The position numbers and the translations under genes were made by a program. A stretch of 64,000 nt of DNA from Octopus sinensis (taxonomy: Eukaryota), in NCBI RefSeq assembly GCF_006345805.1, contig NC_043006.1, positions 65,038,001-65,102,000 of the forward strand, written 5' to 3'. Below the pieces are notes generated by a model, which saw nothing but the letters and a program-made list of their open reading frames with translations, did not search any database and was not told where the DNA came from. This document shows positions 37,026 through 50,694 of the stretch, piece after piece (position 1 is the stretch's first letter; each line of letters starts with the position of its first letter).

Positions 37026-37625
37026 TTTCAATTTGGATGGATGGATAGATGGATGGATGGATGGGTGTGTGTGTGTGTATGTGTGTGTGCGCGCGCGCCC
37101 TGCCAAATCAGGTTGGTGTCTGGTGCAGCTCCCCAGCTTGCCAGCTCTAGTCAAACCGTTCAACCCATGCCAGCGTGGACAACAGATGTATGATGATGAT
37201 GATATATGGTTGTGTGTATGTGCCTTTATGGTTGTCCCCACACTCCCACCACTTGACAACTGGTGTTAGTTTGTTTACATACCCCACCTTAGTGGACTTA
37301 GTGGTGCAGCAAAAGAAACTTTGTCTCCAGCTGGCTATATGACACCATCTGTATCCTTATATTTTTGAACATAGTGATCTATAAAACAACCCTGGTACTA
37401 CACAAACACAAAAAAAATGTTTTATAGTTGGAAAACTATATATTTCGAACAGCAATTTGGCAGCGCCACCTCTAGCCGAATATTTATTCTGTGTTGATGA
37501 AGGGAAATAACCAGGAAATCATGATAGACAGATATTGTTTTGAGCTGAGTGGGGATGCTAAATGCTTTTGTTTGAAAATATAAGGACACAGATCGTGTTG
37601 TATAGCCAGCTGGAGACAATGTCTC

Positions 37626-38810
37626 ATCATCATTGTCATTTAACGTCTGCTTTCCATGCTGGCATGGTTTGGATGGTTTGACTGAGGGCTGGTGAGCCAG
37701 AGGGCTGCACCAGGCTCCAATCTGATCTGGAAATGTTTCTACAGATGGATGCCCTTTCTAACACCAACCACTCTGAGAGTGTAGTGAGTGCTTTTTATGT
37801 TCCCCCAGCAAGAGGGTTAGTCAGGCGGTACTGGCATCAGCCACGTTTAAATGGTCCATTTTATGTGCCACTGGCACATGGGCCAGCCAGGCGGCACTGG
37901 CAATGACCATGCTCGAATGGTGCTTTTTACGTAACACCAGGACCAGTCAGGTGGCACTGGCATCAGTCACTGTCAAACGGTGCTTTTTACGTGCCACCGG
38001 CTTGGATGCCAATCAGGCAGTACCGTCACTGGCCATGACGACGACTCCACTTGCCTCGACAGGTTTTTGCAAGCACAGTTTATTGCCCAATGATTGAAGG
38101 GTACTCTTAAAATGGCTGGTTATGCTGCACTAGCATAGGCCATGGTTACAGTCTCACTTGGCTTGCTGGGTCTTCTTAAGCACAGCATATCTCCAAAGGT
38201 CTCAGTCACTCATCATCATCTCGGTAAAGCCCAACGTTTGAAGCTCATGCTTCACCACCTCATCCCAGGTCTTCCTGGATCTACCTCTTCCACAGGTTCC
38301 CTCTACTGCTAGGGTATGACACATTTTCACACAGCTGTCCTCATCCATATGTAACACATGACCATACCAGCACAGTCATCTATCTTGCACACCACATCTG
38401 ATGCTTCTTAGATCCAACTTTTCTCTCAGGGTGCTTACACTCTCTCATGTATGCACACTGACATTACACATCCAGCAGAGCATACTAGCTTCATTCTTTG
38501 CAAGTTTATGCATGTCCTAAGCAGTCATGGCTATGTTTCACTGCCATGTAGCATGGTTGTTCGCACACATACGTCATAGTCACCTTTTACTCTAAGAAGC
38601 CCTTTGTCACCAGCAGAGTTAGGAGCTATTCTTATTCTAGCAGTAACACTCTCAGAGCATCCACCCCCTCTACTGGCTTGCTCACCTAGGTAATGGAAGC
38701 TATCAACTACTTGTAGCTTTTCCCCCTGGAATGTGACAGAAGCTGTTTTCTGCACATTTTCAGTGTTTACTGCCCCTAAGCATTTGCCACACAAAAACTA
38801 TCTTCCCAGT
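37626..38810 (-). mobile_element. 5'-truncated RTE-clade LINE: decayed ORF C-terminus plus VNTR-containing 3' UTR and (GAT)n tail
   Basis: Minus translation contains MLHGSET, R*LCWYGHV, RGRSRKTWDEV and DLWRYAV, which are RTE/BovB-type motifs. Stop at 38156-38154. Frameshifts and stops are present. Confidence 0.85.
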
Positions 38811-39184
38811 TAGCCTTCCTTTGATATAGCTGCACCTCTTATTTGGTAGCACCACCTCTAGCTAAACAATTATTCTGTGCTGATGAAGAGAAATAACCCA
38901 GAAATTGCAATACATAGATATTGTTTTGAGCTGAGTGGGGGTGCTAAATGCTCTTGTTCGAAAATATAAGGACACATGGCATGTCATATAGCCAGCTGGA
39001 GACGATGCCTCCTGGGGCTAAATTACAGCAACATTTGTCCTAAACCAAGACTACCATGTTATGTTGGCAAATAATCTTTTAAATCAGTTAACATCACCCC
39101 TACTCTAATTCACACCATATTTAAGATAATTAAATATTTACTTCACTGTCAAATGGTTAAATAGTGATCTATACAACATCCCTG

Positions 39185-39218
<34 letters not shown>

Positions 39219-39562
39219 ACACACACACACACAGCTTTATTGTTGCAGCTATTACCACAATAAAACATACTGGGATGACAGACCACAATTGTCTTTCCAG
39301 GAATTCATTACAATTTTCTCCGTACCAACGCACAATTTTCAATTAAGCCATCATCAGCATTTCCTGGAATTGCTGGTTTTAGAGTGGACAGTGATGTGTC
39401 TATGTATGTTTGGTAACTAAGTGGCTAATCTGCATATACACTGATGTATCTATACAATGGATATACAGTAACAAATTGACTATTTAGTGTGTACAATGAT
39501 GTTATATATATAATCTATCCATGATAACTAAGTAGCTGTGTGTTGTGATGTCTCTATATAAT

Positions 39563-39779
39563 GTGGCCCAAAAGTAGGTTTACAGTTATTCAACTATCTC
39601 TTTTGCATTCATATATTAACAGTTTAGATCTTAATTATAAAAAAAAAACAACATGAAACTATTATTCTATGCTAATTTAGTTTCCAGTATGTAAGAGAAA
39701 TTTAAATGTTATAAATTTTTTAAAAAATTTATAACAAGTGCATACGTGATAACTGTAAACCTACTTTCAGGCCACCCTG
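39563..39779. mobile_element. Tc1/mariner-type MITE inside a degenerate minisatellite of about 60 bp (about 39400-39900)
   Basis: 27-bp inverted repeat with 2 mismatches (39563-39589 vs 39749-39775); the right end reads CAGGGTGGCC on the minus strand. Confidence 0.65.
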
Positions 39780-40159
39780 ACTAATTTAGGGTGTACTGTG
39801 ATATCTCTATATAATGTGTGTGTAGTAACAAAATGACTAATTTAGCACATGTGATCTCTCTACACAATGTATGTATGGTAGCTGACTATTTCAGCTGACT
39901 ATTCCACATGAACCTTAGGGCTCCATATAAGATTTTGTGGGGTCTGTGTAAGCAAAAGAGTAAATTGGGGAGCCAGAGTAGTATTTAAAAGGTCCATGAA
40001 AAGATCTGGTACTAGGTTTCTTACTCTATCGTTTCACGTAATTCAACATGTTTTTCCGGCCACTGAAACATGTTCTGTCGGACAGTAGCTATTGCAAATG
40101 TGCACAAGTGAACATGTGAAAAAAGATAAGAATTTTGAAAGCAATATCAGTAAAACCAT

Positions 40160-40570
40160 CATTACTGTCCACATTTCCATGCTTGCATGGGTCAGATGGA
40201 ATTTCTTGATGCAGATCTTCTATGGCTTGATCCCTTTCCTGTCACCAACCCTCACCTGTCCTCAAGGAAGGTAACATTTCCCCCATAGCTTGACATATTT
40301 TTCAGAGAAGACTGAAAACAAACAACCCTGCCTGTATAACAATGATGCTCATTTACAACTATTACATGATGTCTGGACAAGAGTAAATACAAACCACACA
40401 CACACACACAAACGGGCTTCTTTCAGTTTCTGCCTACCACATCAATTCACAAGGCTTCAGTCTGCCCAAGGATATAGTAGAAGACACTTGTACCAGGTCC
40501 CACACAGTGGGACTGAACCCAACACCAAATGGTTGGGAAGCAAGCTTCTTAACCACTCAACCACGGCTAC
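40160..40570 (-). mobile_element. SINE family C: tRNA-like head, CORE-like block, (TG)n and RTE-like tail (other copies at about 19480-19880, 23760-24200, 30878-31310, 44380-44750, 49860-50650 and 53630-54010 on minus; 27765-28220 and 47075-47560 on plus)
   Basis: Head GGTTCAGTCCCACT; GGCACCTTGGGCAAGTGTCTT resembles the CORE-SINE block; the tail shares ccatgcttgcatggg and ctggatgcccttcct with the RTE LINE. Confidence 0.75.
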
Positions 40571-43049
40571 ACCTTGTTGAAGATTAAAAAAATCCAAGCA
40601 AGTAGCTAATTTAACAAATTGCCAATATTAGCCAAACAAATGGCAGTGCCCCAGCATGGCCACAGCCTTTGGGTTGAATCACATAAAGGAACAAAGCAAC
40701 AAACTATGCAACATATTCAGTAAGAGAGTTATATAACTCCTGAAGAGGACATAACTATTAACAACTGTCTAACAGTATCTTTTGGTCCAACTTTTATAAA
40801 TAACAGTAAAAATTGGTATTACAGGTATGAACACCATCAAACTTATAACCGATGCTTCTGTTAATGTTCTGTGTTATACCATTTCATTTCAAAGCAATCT
40901 TGATACATTTTGCTGTTGGTATGAAAAGATGAAATAATCGCAAACACACCCATTCTCTTACTTCTTCAATAGAAAGTGAACATCTAAGCCATTGTTTTAA
41001 ACAAATTTCTGAACAGTGCAAAGTAAACTTTTTAACTATTCGCCCATGTCTTTATCCATCTACTCTAGTTACCACACACACACACACACACAATCAAGTC
41101 TACCTCTTATATTTTGCATGTTTCTGTCATTAAACTGCGGCCATGCTGAGACACTGTGAAGAAGAAGTTAAACATCAACACCAGTTGTTAAGTAGTGATG
41201 ATGTAGACAATGACACACACACACAAACACACGAGGGGTTTCTTTCAGTTTCTATCAACCAAATCCACTCACAAAGCCATGGGAGAAGACACTCACCCAA
41301 GGCGTCATGTAGTCAAACTGAACCCAAAACCATGTGGTTGGGAAGCAAGCTTCTTACCATGTAGCCATGCTTGTGCCAGGATAATTTAAACTAAAAACAA
41401 GCTCCGAGAAATAACTCAGAGAGGCCAATGGTGGTCTTACAAAAGACAGGAGATTGAGTTAAAACAAAGTAAAATGTTTTCCTATGTCTCTATGCATAAA
41501 TTGATTTCCAGATAGATTTTCGTTCTTGCTTTAAACAACAGGATAACTTCCTACAGCTAGCCACTCAACCATGAAGCAAGGTAAGCAATCTCTCTAAAAT
41601 ATTCATCTCACACATTACTATGCCAAGAACCTTTTTGTATGCATAACTAAGTACTTTGAACTTGGTATATGACTAGTATAAATACACAAGCCAACAAAGA
41701 GGTCTCTGTGCTGTTGCCTGATTTGCTAGAAATAACAGGTAAATCTCTCCTATAGCCACAAAAAGAAGGCCACATTAAATAATGTGATTCTCAACTTACT
41801 TGCTAGAAATAACAGGCAAATCTCCCCATAATCACACTTTACCTTCTTAAAAAAAAAAAAGGATCCTGACCCCATTAGATAATGTGATGCCTGCTGCACT
41901 GTGTCTATGGAAAAGATGGGATTATTACAGGTGGAATGTTTTTGATGAACCTGCTCAATTAGGATTAGCCTGGGGTTAAATAACTTGTACAGTCTGATTA
42001 ACCACAGAATGGACAAGCAAGACCATGGATTTTTTATTAATAAAATGATAATCCCATCTTTCTCTTTCCGCCCACATTTGTTGGTACAGGAAAGGGTCAG
42101 TATTCAGTTTGAATAGTAGCAGATCAATAACTAAACAGTTTCTGCTCGCATAGGTACGTTTGTTTAAGCAAAACATTTTTATTGTAGATAACGCTCTTCC
42201 TCGTACCATTAAACACTCAACTGTGAAGTAGAGTGTGGAATCTGTTTTTTGTTACGGAGATAAGGAAGGAAGGAAGGAAGGATACAGAGATGTATAAAAC
42301 AGATAAGACAAATGGATAAACAGACAAAGCAACAGATAGATAACAAGATTCACATTACAATCAATATGGAAGGATAAACTCTATACAAGATTCCACGAGA
42401 TCAATCAATAATAATAATAATAATAATAATAATAATCATCATCATCATCGTAGTTGTCATCATCATCATCACCACCACTACTCTTCAGAAGAGAAAGAAA
42501 GAGAATATTTACAGAGCTGTTTGTTCTCAACAGGATCTCTGTTTTATGGTTTCAATTTCCTTTCTAAAACTCTTTCCCTCTTGACGTTCTAGTCTCTCAC
42601 TGGACACTATTTCACAACCAGACAAGTTGAGGCATGTACAATAACAGCTATTTGTAGAAGTTAGATTTGCCAAACCCCCACCCACTGACCAACATTATTA
42701 GCAGCATTCCCTAGCTAATGTCATGTTTATTATTGCTTCACCTTTCTTAATCCATTAATGCACAGTGGTCTGTATTGGAAGATCCTAACTCTAATGTTAA
42801 TGTACTAAAATAATTTTGTTGTGTAATTAAAGAAAATAAAACTAATCACAACTGATATTTAATTCATCCAATCAAATTACATGTGTGACAGTATTATAAG
42901 AAGTAAATTGCCGAGAAAATACTATGAAATAAAGAGAAGATAAAAATACCCAGTGTCATTTTAAAATGATAATAATGTTTGTTCCATGCTTCAGCAACTC
43001 TGAGTGTGAAAAGAATGTTTCTGAAAGTCATGGGAGATTTTGTTATCAT

Positions 43050-43606
43050 ATAGAAGTACCTTGGATTCGAGAACATCCCGCAGTGCTTGAGGAGACCTGT
43101 TGAGTCGAGTACATGAACATCGAAATAAATGTCAATGGAAATAGTTGTTGTGATACCTGTGCCGGTGGCACATAAAAAGCACCATCCGAACGTGGCCGTT
43201 GCCAGCACCGCCTCGACTGGCTTCTGTGCCGGTGGCACATAAAAAGCACCATCCAAACGTGGCCGATGCCAGCACTGCCTCGACTGGCTTCTGTGCCGGT
43301 GGCACATAAAAAGCACCATCCGAACGTGGCCGATGCCAGCGCTACCTTGGCTGGCTTCCGTGCCAGTGACACGTTAAAAGCACCAACCAATCGTGGTCGA
43401 TGCCAGACCCCCCTGGCACCTGTGCCGGTGGCACGTAAAAAGCACCCACCACACTCGCGGAGTGGTTGGCTTTAGGAAGGGCATCCAGCTGTAGAAACAC
43501 TGCCAGATCAGACTGGAGCCTGGTGCAGCCCCTGGCTTCCCAGACCCCGGTTGAACCGTCTAACCCATGCTAGCGTGGAAAACGGACGTTAAACGATGAT
43601 GATGAT
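43050..43606 (+). mobile_element. RTE LINE 3' UTR with VNTR (three 67-bp units, one 62-bp unit, one partial unit) and (GAT)n tail
   Basis: Units start at 43159, 43226, 43293, 43360 and 43422; tail gatgatgatgat at about 43595-43606. Confidence 0.8.
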
Positions 43607-43615
43607 AGAAGATAT

Positions 43616-43853
43616 GTGAGACAGTTTTAAGTCTTTTTGTCTGACATCACTTCGTCAAACGTCTTTTCATCCGATGAATTTTTTTGTCCAACAACAAATC
43701 CTATCAATAAAATTTTCAATGATTATTTGATTTTGATGTTCACCTTATTTTCTAAAAAGTTTATTAAAAATTATCGGAAAAAAAGATGTCGGATCAAAAG
43801 ACATGGACGAAGTGACTTTGGACAAAGTGACACCAGACAAAATGTCGGGTCAC
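43616..43853. mobile_element. Degenerate MITE-like element with subterminal inverted repeats
   Basis: CACTTCGTC...GTCTTTTCATCCGA on the left pairs with TCGGATCAAAAGAC...GACGAAGTG on the right. Confidence 0.45.
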
Positions 43854-45342
43854 AATGTGACACATCTAAACTAAGAGTATGTGCAGGACCTAATACAGGA
43901 GCATATTATACAAGATAAGGGTAGTAGATGATGATTTTCAAATAGAAATCTTCATCTTCATTCCCATTGTCTTAATCCTTTCGTTCAAATCATTTGATAG
44001 CAGCCAGGCTTCAGCACCGCCTGTAGTCAAACAAATCAACCACAGGACTTATTCATTGTAAGCCAAGTACTTATTCCATTGGTCTCTTTAGCTAAATTGC
44101 TATGTTACAGGGACATAAACGCACCAACATCAGTTGCCAAGCGATGGCGGGAGGACAAACACAGACACATGTATGTATGTATGTATATATATATATATAT
44201 ACATATATACAATGGGCTTCTTTTCAGTTTCCATCTAACAAATCCACTCCCAAGGCTTTAGTCTGCCCAAGGCTATAGAAGAAGACAATTACCCAAGGTG
44301 TCACACAGTGGGACTGAACTCAGAACCATGTGGTTGGGAAGCAAGCTTCTTATCACACAGCCATGCCACACTTACATGGGTCAGATAGAATGTAGTGAGG
44401 CAGATTTCCCACAGCTGGATGCCCTTCCTGTCACCAACCCTCACCTGTTTCCAAACAAGGTACTATTTCCCCATGACCAAACAAGTTTGCAAAGAACATT
44501 GGAGATGAACAACACTCTTTGCATGACAGTGACACTCCTGTACAACTATCATGTGGTGTCAACATAACATGCACACATGTGCACACACACACACATATGC
44601 ACAACAAGCTTTTTTTATATTCCATCTATCAAATCCTCTCATGAGGCTTTGGCTGACCCAGTGCCAAAGATGCCACTCAGCGTGACTGAACCCAAAAACC
44701 ATGTGGTTGGGAAGTAAAATTCTCAACCACCTAAACATGTCAGTGCCTATAGGACAATTATGAAACTGAAACATGTGGAATTTTCTGCATTAGACACATG
44801 TAGCAAATTTGGATAAGAAAACGAGATGAACTTAGTTTAAGTACATGGTGAAGAGCTGATTTTGGCAAATAGAAAATTCAAGTCCAATTTATGAGACAAA
44901 TTTAAATTAAAACCATGCTGTAAACTCTGTTGACATGCATGAACAGTAACACAGAGCTGAGCTAGAAGAAAATGGGTGACAGAGGAAAGAGCTGCAATGT
45001 GCAATAAAGAAGACTGTACTAATGATGGACATGTTACTGGTATACGCCTGCTCTGCACTGCTCTCTCTCTCCCCACCCACCCACTCATCCATCCAGCCAT
45101 CTATCTAATTAATCCCCCAAAAAAAGAAGGAAAAAAAAACAACACAAGGACATGGTACATGCAAAGTATTAAAAATATTAAGAGACACTCAGGGAAGAAA
45201 GGGTATTTTACATTTTGAGCAAAGCTCTTCTTGAGAAACAGGAGACAAAGGAAAGGCCAAGAGAAAAGGAAGACAGAGGGGGAAAAAAAAATCACCAACA
45301 ATCCACATGTATTTACATTCTGAAATGTGTGTGTGTGCGTGC

Positions 45343-45417
45343 AAAAACTGTCTGATGAACGGCAACAAGAAACTCAGAGTAACAGATTTTGTTGAATTTT
45401 CTGCTGCTTTAAATAAA
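45343..45417 (+). ncRNA. Type I hammerhead-like motif, second family, embedded between (TG)n and (TA)n
   Basis: AAAAACUGU CUGAUGA ACGGCAACAA GAAA CU CAG AGU A ACAGAUUUU. Stem I 8/9 pairs, stem III ACU/AGU, GUA triplet; stem II is damaged. Confidence 0.6.
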
Positions 45418-45476
<59 letters not shown>

Positions 45477-45976
45477 AAGCATGGATGTGTGGTAAGAAGT
45501 TTGTGTACCAACCACATGGTTTTGAGTTAAGTCCCAAATGTGTGGCTTCTAGGGCAGGTGTCTTCTACAATAACACCAGGCCAAGAAAAGCTTTGTGAGG
45601 GGATTTAGTAGATGGAAACTGAAAGAATCCTGTTGTGTGTGTGTGTGTGTGTGTGTTGGATATATAAGAATAAATAGGTAAAGAAATGTCAAACAATCCA
45701 TGGGAAGAAGTAGTAAAGTTGATGTCAAGGCACTGGACCTTACTGAAAATAAAGGACCACAATAAGTGGTGCAATACTGCAATGGAGCAGACCCTCCTGA
45801 ATTATGCCAGTAAAGAAAAAGAGAAAAAAACAGGTGTTAAATGAAGATATTTGTAAAATGGTATATTTAAAGGTAGCAAGAAACTGAAGAGACTTTTTAT
45901 GTCTTTCTTATGGACAACAACCAAAAACGTTGCGTAAATTAGCATCATAATAATCTCGGTGTTAATTAAGTCAATA

Positions 45977-46290
45977 GTGGAGGCACATGGCCTAGTGGTT
46001 AGAGCAGCAAACTCATGGTTGAGGGATTGTGGGTTTGAATCTTAGACCGAGCAATGTGTGTGTTTATGAGCGAAACACTTAAGCTCCACATGGCTCTGGC
46101 AGAAGGTAATGGTGAACTTCTGTGGGCTCTTTCACCATGACTTCCTCTCACTCTTTCCTCCTGTATCTAGCAGTTCACCTGCAACTGACCAGCGTCCAAT
46201 CCAGGTGGGGAACCTATACACTTATGAAACAAGGAAACCTGCCCTTATGAGCCAGGCATGGCTTGAGAAGGAACAAACAATAACAACATA
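45977..46290 (+). mobile_element. tRNA-derived SINE with CORE-like and Meta-domain-like segments (related copy at 24766-25038 on minus)
   Basis: Head GGCACATGGCCTAGTGGTTAG...GGTTTGAATC; central gaccagcgtccaatccaggtgggg; short (AAC)-like tail. Confidence 0.5.
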
Positions 46291-47248
46291 AGGCAGTAAC
46301 ATATTGCAGTCAGTTGAATGGTGTTTAGACTTGTGTACCACTGTACCACCACCACCAAACCTTTTCTTTCATCTTTTATTTGCTGTAGTCATTAGACTGT
46401 GGCCATGCTGGGACACCACCTTGAAGAATTTTTAGTTGAATGAATCAACTGGTACTTATAGGTCTCTTTTGCCAAACTACTAAATAATAGGTACGTAAGC
46501 ACACCAACACTGGTTGCCAAGCTGAAGTGAGACACACACACACACACACACACACGATGGGATTTTTTTCAGTTTCTGTCTACCAAATCCACTCACAAGG
46601 GTTTGGTTAGTTAGGAGACACTTGCCCAAGGTGCTATACAGTGGGACTGAACCTGGAACTATCATGTGGAGAAGCAAAATGGTGTAGGGAGGGCTGGTAT
46701 TAAAGGATGAAAAGATTACATGAATGACAGAGCCGAGTTGCCCATAGATATTAATTTGATGTGCAGGCTTCACATCAGTTGCATCAATAACCTCCTATCC
46801 AAAAGGGTTGGCAAAGGACATGAGCACTACCCCCTTCCCTCTATTAAATTCCTCTGCCTTTTCTACTGGTACTCCCTCTCTCTCTCTGCCTCCCTCTCTG
46901 TATGTGTGTGTGTGTGTGTATGTATCTCAGCCCCCATGGTGGCACGTAAAAAGCACCAACTATACTCTCAAAGTGGTTAGTGTTAGAAAGGGCATCCAGC
47001 TGTGGAAACCTTGCCAGGTCAGATTGGAACCTGGTGCAGCCTACTGGCTTGCCAGTCCTCAGTCAAACCATGTATAGGCGAGGGTTTGTGGTAAGAAGTT
47101 TGCTTATCAAATGCATGTTTTGGGGTTCAGTCCCAATGTGTGGCATCTTGGGCAAGTGTCTTCTACAACAGCCTTGGGGTCAACCAAAGCCTTGTGAGAG
47201 GATCTGGTAGACAAACTGAAAGAAGCCTGTCATATGCATACATATATA

Positions 47249-47286
<38 letters not shown>

Positions 47287-47719
47287 GATAGGTAGATAGA
47301 CAGATAAGATAGATAGGTAGATAGACAGGTGTGCGTGTGCAGATGCCTCCGTCTTAACAATTGCATGAGAGTTGTAAAGGAATGTCACTGTCATATAAGC
47401 AGTGTCATTCATTTCCAATATTCTGTGAAAGCATGTCTGCTTGGAAACAGGTGAACGTCAGCAAAAGGAAGGGCATGCAGCTATAGAAAATCTGCCTGAA
47501 ATGAACCCTGTTCAACCAATGCAAGCATGGAAAAGCAGACATTAGATGATGATGATATACATACATACAAATATGGAATCTCTCTTCTTTCAAGCTCTTC
47601 CTACTCACCCTTATATGATATGCGGTGGCTGTATAACATCTGTATCGCAAAAAAAAAAAAAACTTAGGCTTGTTCCCCTATCGTATGTTAGCCTTTGAAC
47701 ACTGGCATAAAATCACCTC

Positions 47720-48033
47720 ATCGTCATCATCATCACTATCATTTAACATCTGTTGTCCATGTTGGCATGGGTTGGACGGTTTGACTGGACTGGCAGGCTG
47801 CACCAGACTCCAGTCTGATTTGGCATGGTTTTCTACAGCTGGTTGCCCTTCCTAATGCCAACCACACCAAGAGTGTAATGGGTGCTTTTATGTGCCACCA
47901 GCACAGTGCCATTTGCATGCCGCTGGCACAGGTGCCAATTTGCATTACACTGGTATATGTCACGACTGCAATTTTGCTTCTTCTCAAGCATGACATAATG
48001 CCAAAGATCTTGGTCATTGCCTCTGTGAGGTAG

Positions 48034-48035
<2 letters not shown>
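47720..48035 (-). mobile_element. RTE LINE 3' end (similar copies at about 14645-14835, 18585-18800, 25110-25380 and 55800-56070 on minus; 21735-22110, 31830-31965, 46930-47070 and 48140-48335 on plus)
   Basis: Shared tail motif ccatgctggcatgggttggacggtttgac...ctggatgcccttcct. Confidence 0.7.
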
Positions 48036-48078
<43 letters not shown>

Positions 48079-48336
48079 CCTCTTAAATCCTCCTCCCTCA
48101 GTTGAAGGGAGCTTCTTCCTTTTTCCTGATCTTTTCTCATCTTGCAAGTTACATGGTGACCTCACTCATGCTGGTGGCACAAGAAACAGCACCCCATACA
48201 CATTGAAGTGATTGACATTAGGAAAGAATCCAGCCATAGAAACCATGCCAAAGCTGACACTGGAGCTCTGTGCACCCTTATGACCTGCCAGATCCTGTCA
48301 AACCCTCCAATCCATGCCAGCATAGAAAAGAGACAC

Positions 48337-48534
48337 TAATCCTTTCATTACTGTATTTATTTTGAGATGCTCTGTGTTTCTTTCAATTACTTTAAATATT
48401 ACAAAGAATTTAATAAAATAACTTTGTTATCATTCAGCTAGTGTTAGGAACAGAAATTGTGAATAAGGTTTAGTGGAAGATTTTTACTCAGAGCCAGAGG
48501 CAGTTTCAGCAGGGTTGGTAACGAAAGGGCTAAA
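48337..48534. mobile_element. TTAA-type MITE, family 2 (internally deleted)
   Basis: Homologous to 33191-33418; right terminus GTAACGAAAGGGCTAA. Confidence 0.7.
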
Positions 48535-49778
48535 TGCTGATGATGATGAGTGCATATGTAAAGTTTACTTCCTTTAACCTGAAAAAAATTCATTATATTT
48601 TTGCCACAGTTCTTATCTCTGTTAACACTTTATCTCTGTTAACGCTTTATTCAGAATCTATTTTTATGGTCAACAGATTGTAAAAGAAGTTACATAAACA
48701 AGAAAAGCCAGAGAAACTAATTACAAACTAATCAAATTTTCAGAAGCCCACATCACTAACTTGTTTTAATTATCCATAAAGCTAAAGTAATTTGTGTATT
48801 AAACAATAAAAATGCCAACAGAAACTATAGGCAATGTAAATGTGATAAAGTAGCTAAAACAGACTGTACACTGCTGCTGTCGTGATCAGAATACAATTTG
48901 AACCATCTAAGTTATATAAGTGTGTGCATGCATGCATGCATACGCATACACAGACATTGCAAAACAAAACAGAATTGTTTATATAACAGTTACATCTTCC
49001 TATGCACATTTCATTAACAATGTATAAAGTTCAATTAAATAAGCAAACTCCTCCAAGCTGATGACTGCGTAACTTTCATTAGTAATCTTCAGTATTCATA
49101 CGGGACTGTCGACAGCATCGCCCTATCAACTGCTACAACAGTCAACAAACAGATATGGATACAAAAATACGTTTGAGAGTTAGGTAACCTCTGGAGATTT
49201 GATGTTTGACAATGCAATTGTCTAATAAGATTTCCCTTGTATAACTAATATTTTTTATTCTTTTATTTCGTCTGACTGTAGCCATCCTGGAGCACTGCAT
49301 TTAGTCAAAGAAATCGATCTTATTCTTTGTAAGCCTAGTACTTATTCTATTGGTCTTCTTTTGCCAAACTGCTAAGTTACGGGGACATAAACACACCAAC
49401 ATTGGTATTCATGTGATGGTGGGGGGACAAACACACACACACAAATATACACATGCATATATATGATGGGCTTCTCTCAGTTTCCATCTACCAAATCCAT
49501 TCACAAGGCTTTGGTCAGCTCGAAGCTATAGTAGAAGACACTTGCCCAATGTGTTACGGATTGGGACTGAACCCAGAATCACGTGGTTGGGAAGCAAGCT
49601 TCTTAGCACACAACCTATGCCTCACCATGTTTGGATGGTGCTTTTTACATGCCACCACCATGGGAAGCCAGTCAGGTGGCACTGGCATCGACCCACACAT
49701 AAATGGTACTTATTATGTGCCACCAGCACTGGTGACTACAATTTCACTTGACTTGTATATATACACACACGTTTACAA

Positions 49779-49809
<31 letters not shown>

Positions 49810-50694
49810 TACATATTAATTTATTGTGCATTTTCCATGTTTGCTTAGGTTACACAGAATTCAGTGAGGCAGATTTTCTATTGCCAGATGCTCTTTCCTT
49901 TTGCCAATAATCCCGTTTCCAAGCCTAGTAATATTTCCCTGTGACTGGATATAGGGAACAAGTTACACTGCTTATATGACAGTGGTAACTGTTTACAATT
50001 ATCACGCAATATCAAAATAAGGTAGACAGACAGACACACACACACAAGGTAGTTCTTTCCGTTTTCATCTATTAAATAAACTCACAAAAATCTAGCTGAT
50101 CTGGAACTATGCTAGAAGACACTAGTACAAGGTGCCATGCAGTGGAATTGAACCTGAAACTTGGTTGGCAAACTTCTTAATGTGCACGCACACACAGAGT
50201 TTATTCTTTCAGCCATTCAATTGCAGCCATCCTGGGACACTGCTTTCAAAGTTTATCAAATCCAGTTCAAGATTTATTGTAACAATTTCTTAGTTCAACT
50301 GCTAATTTACAGGGCATAAACATTAGTATTGCTTTTAAGTGTAAACACACACAAATTGTTATCATCATTATCATCACTTTCCACTTGCTTTTCCATGCTG
50401 GCAAGAGTCCAACAGGTTTTCTGAGGCAGATTTTTTGACTGGATGCCCTTTCAGTTGCAACCACTTTAGTAATCTCTCCCTCTCTCACACACACACAATA
50501 AGCTTTTGCACAGTTTCTGTTCACTAAATTTTAATTCAAAAGACACTGCTCTAACCAGCACTATGGTAGAAACTCATGCAACCATGGTCTGAACTGGGAA
50601 CTTAGTGGTTTTGAAGTGAACTTCTTAACCATGGTACCATGCCTGTGCCTCCACAACAAAATGTTTGGTAGAAAATAAAGTACAAACTGCTTAC

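Noticed and set aside
49058-49064. Isolated CTGATGA as a hammerhead core
   Set aside because: No stem II followed by GAAA and no cleavage triplet in register.
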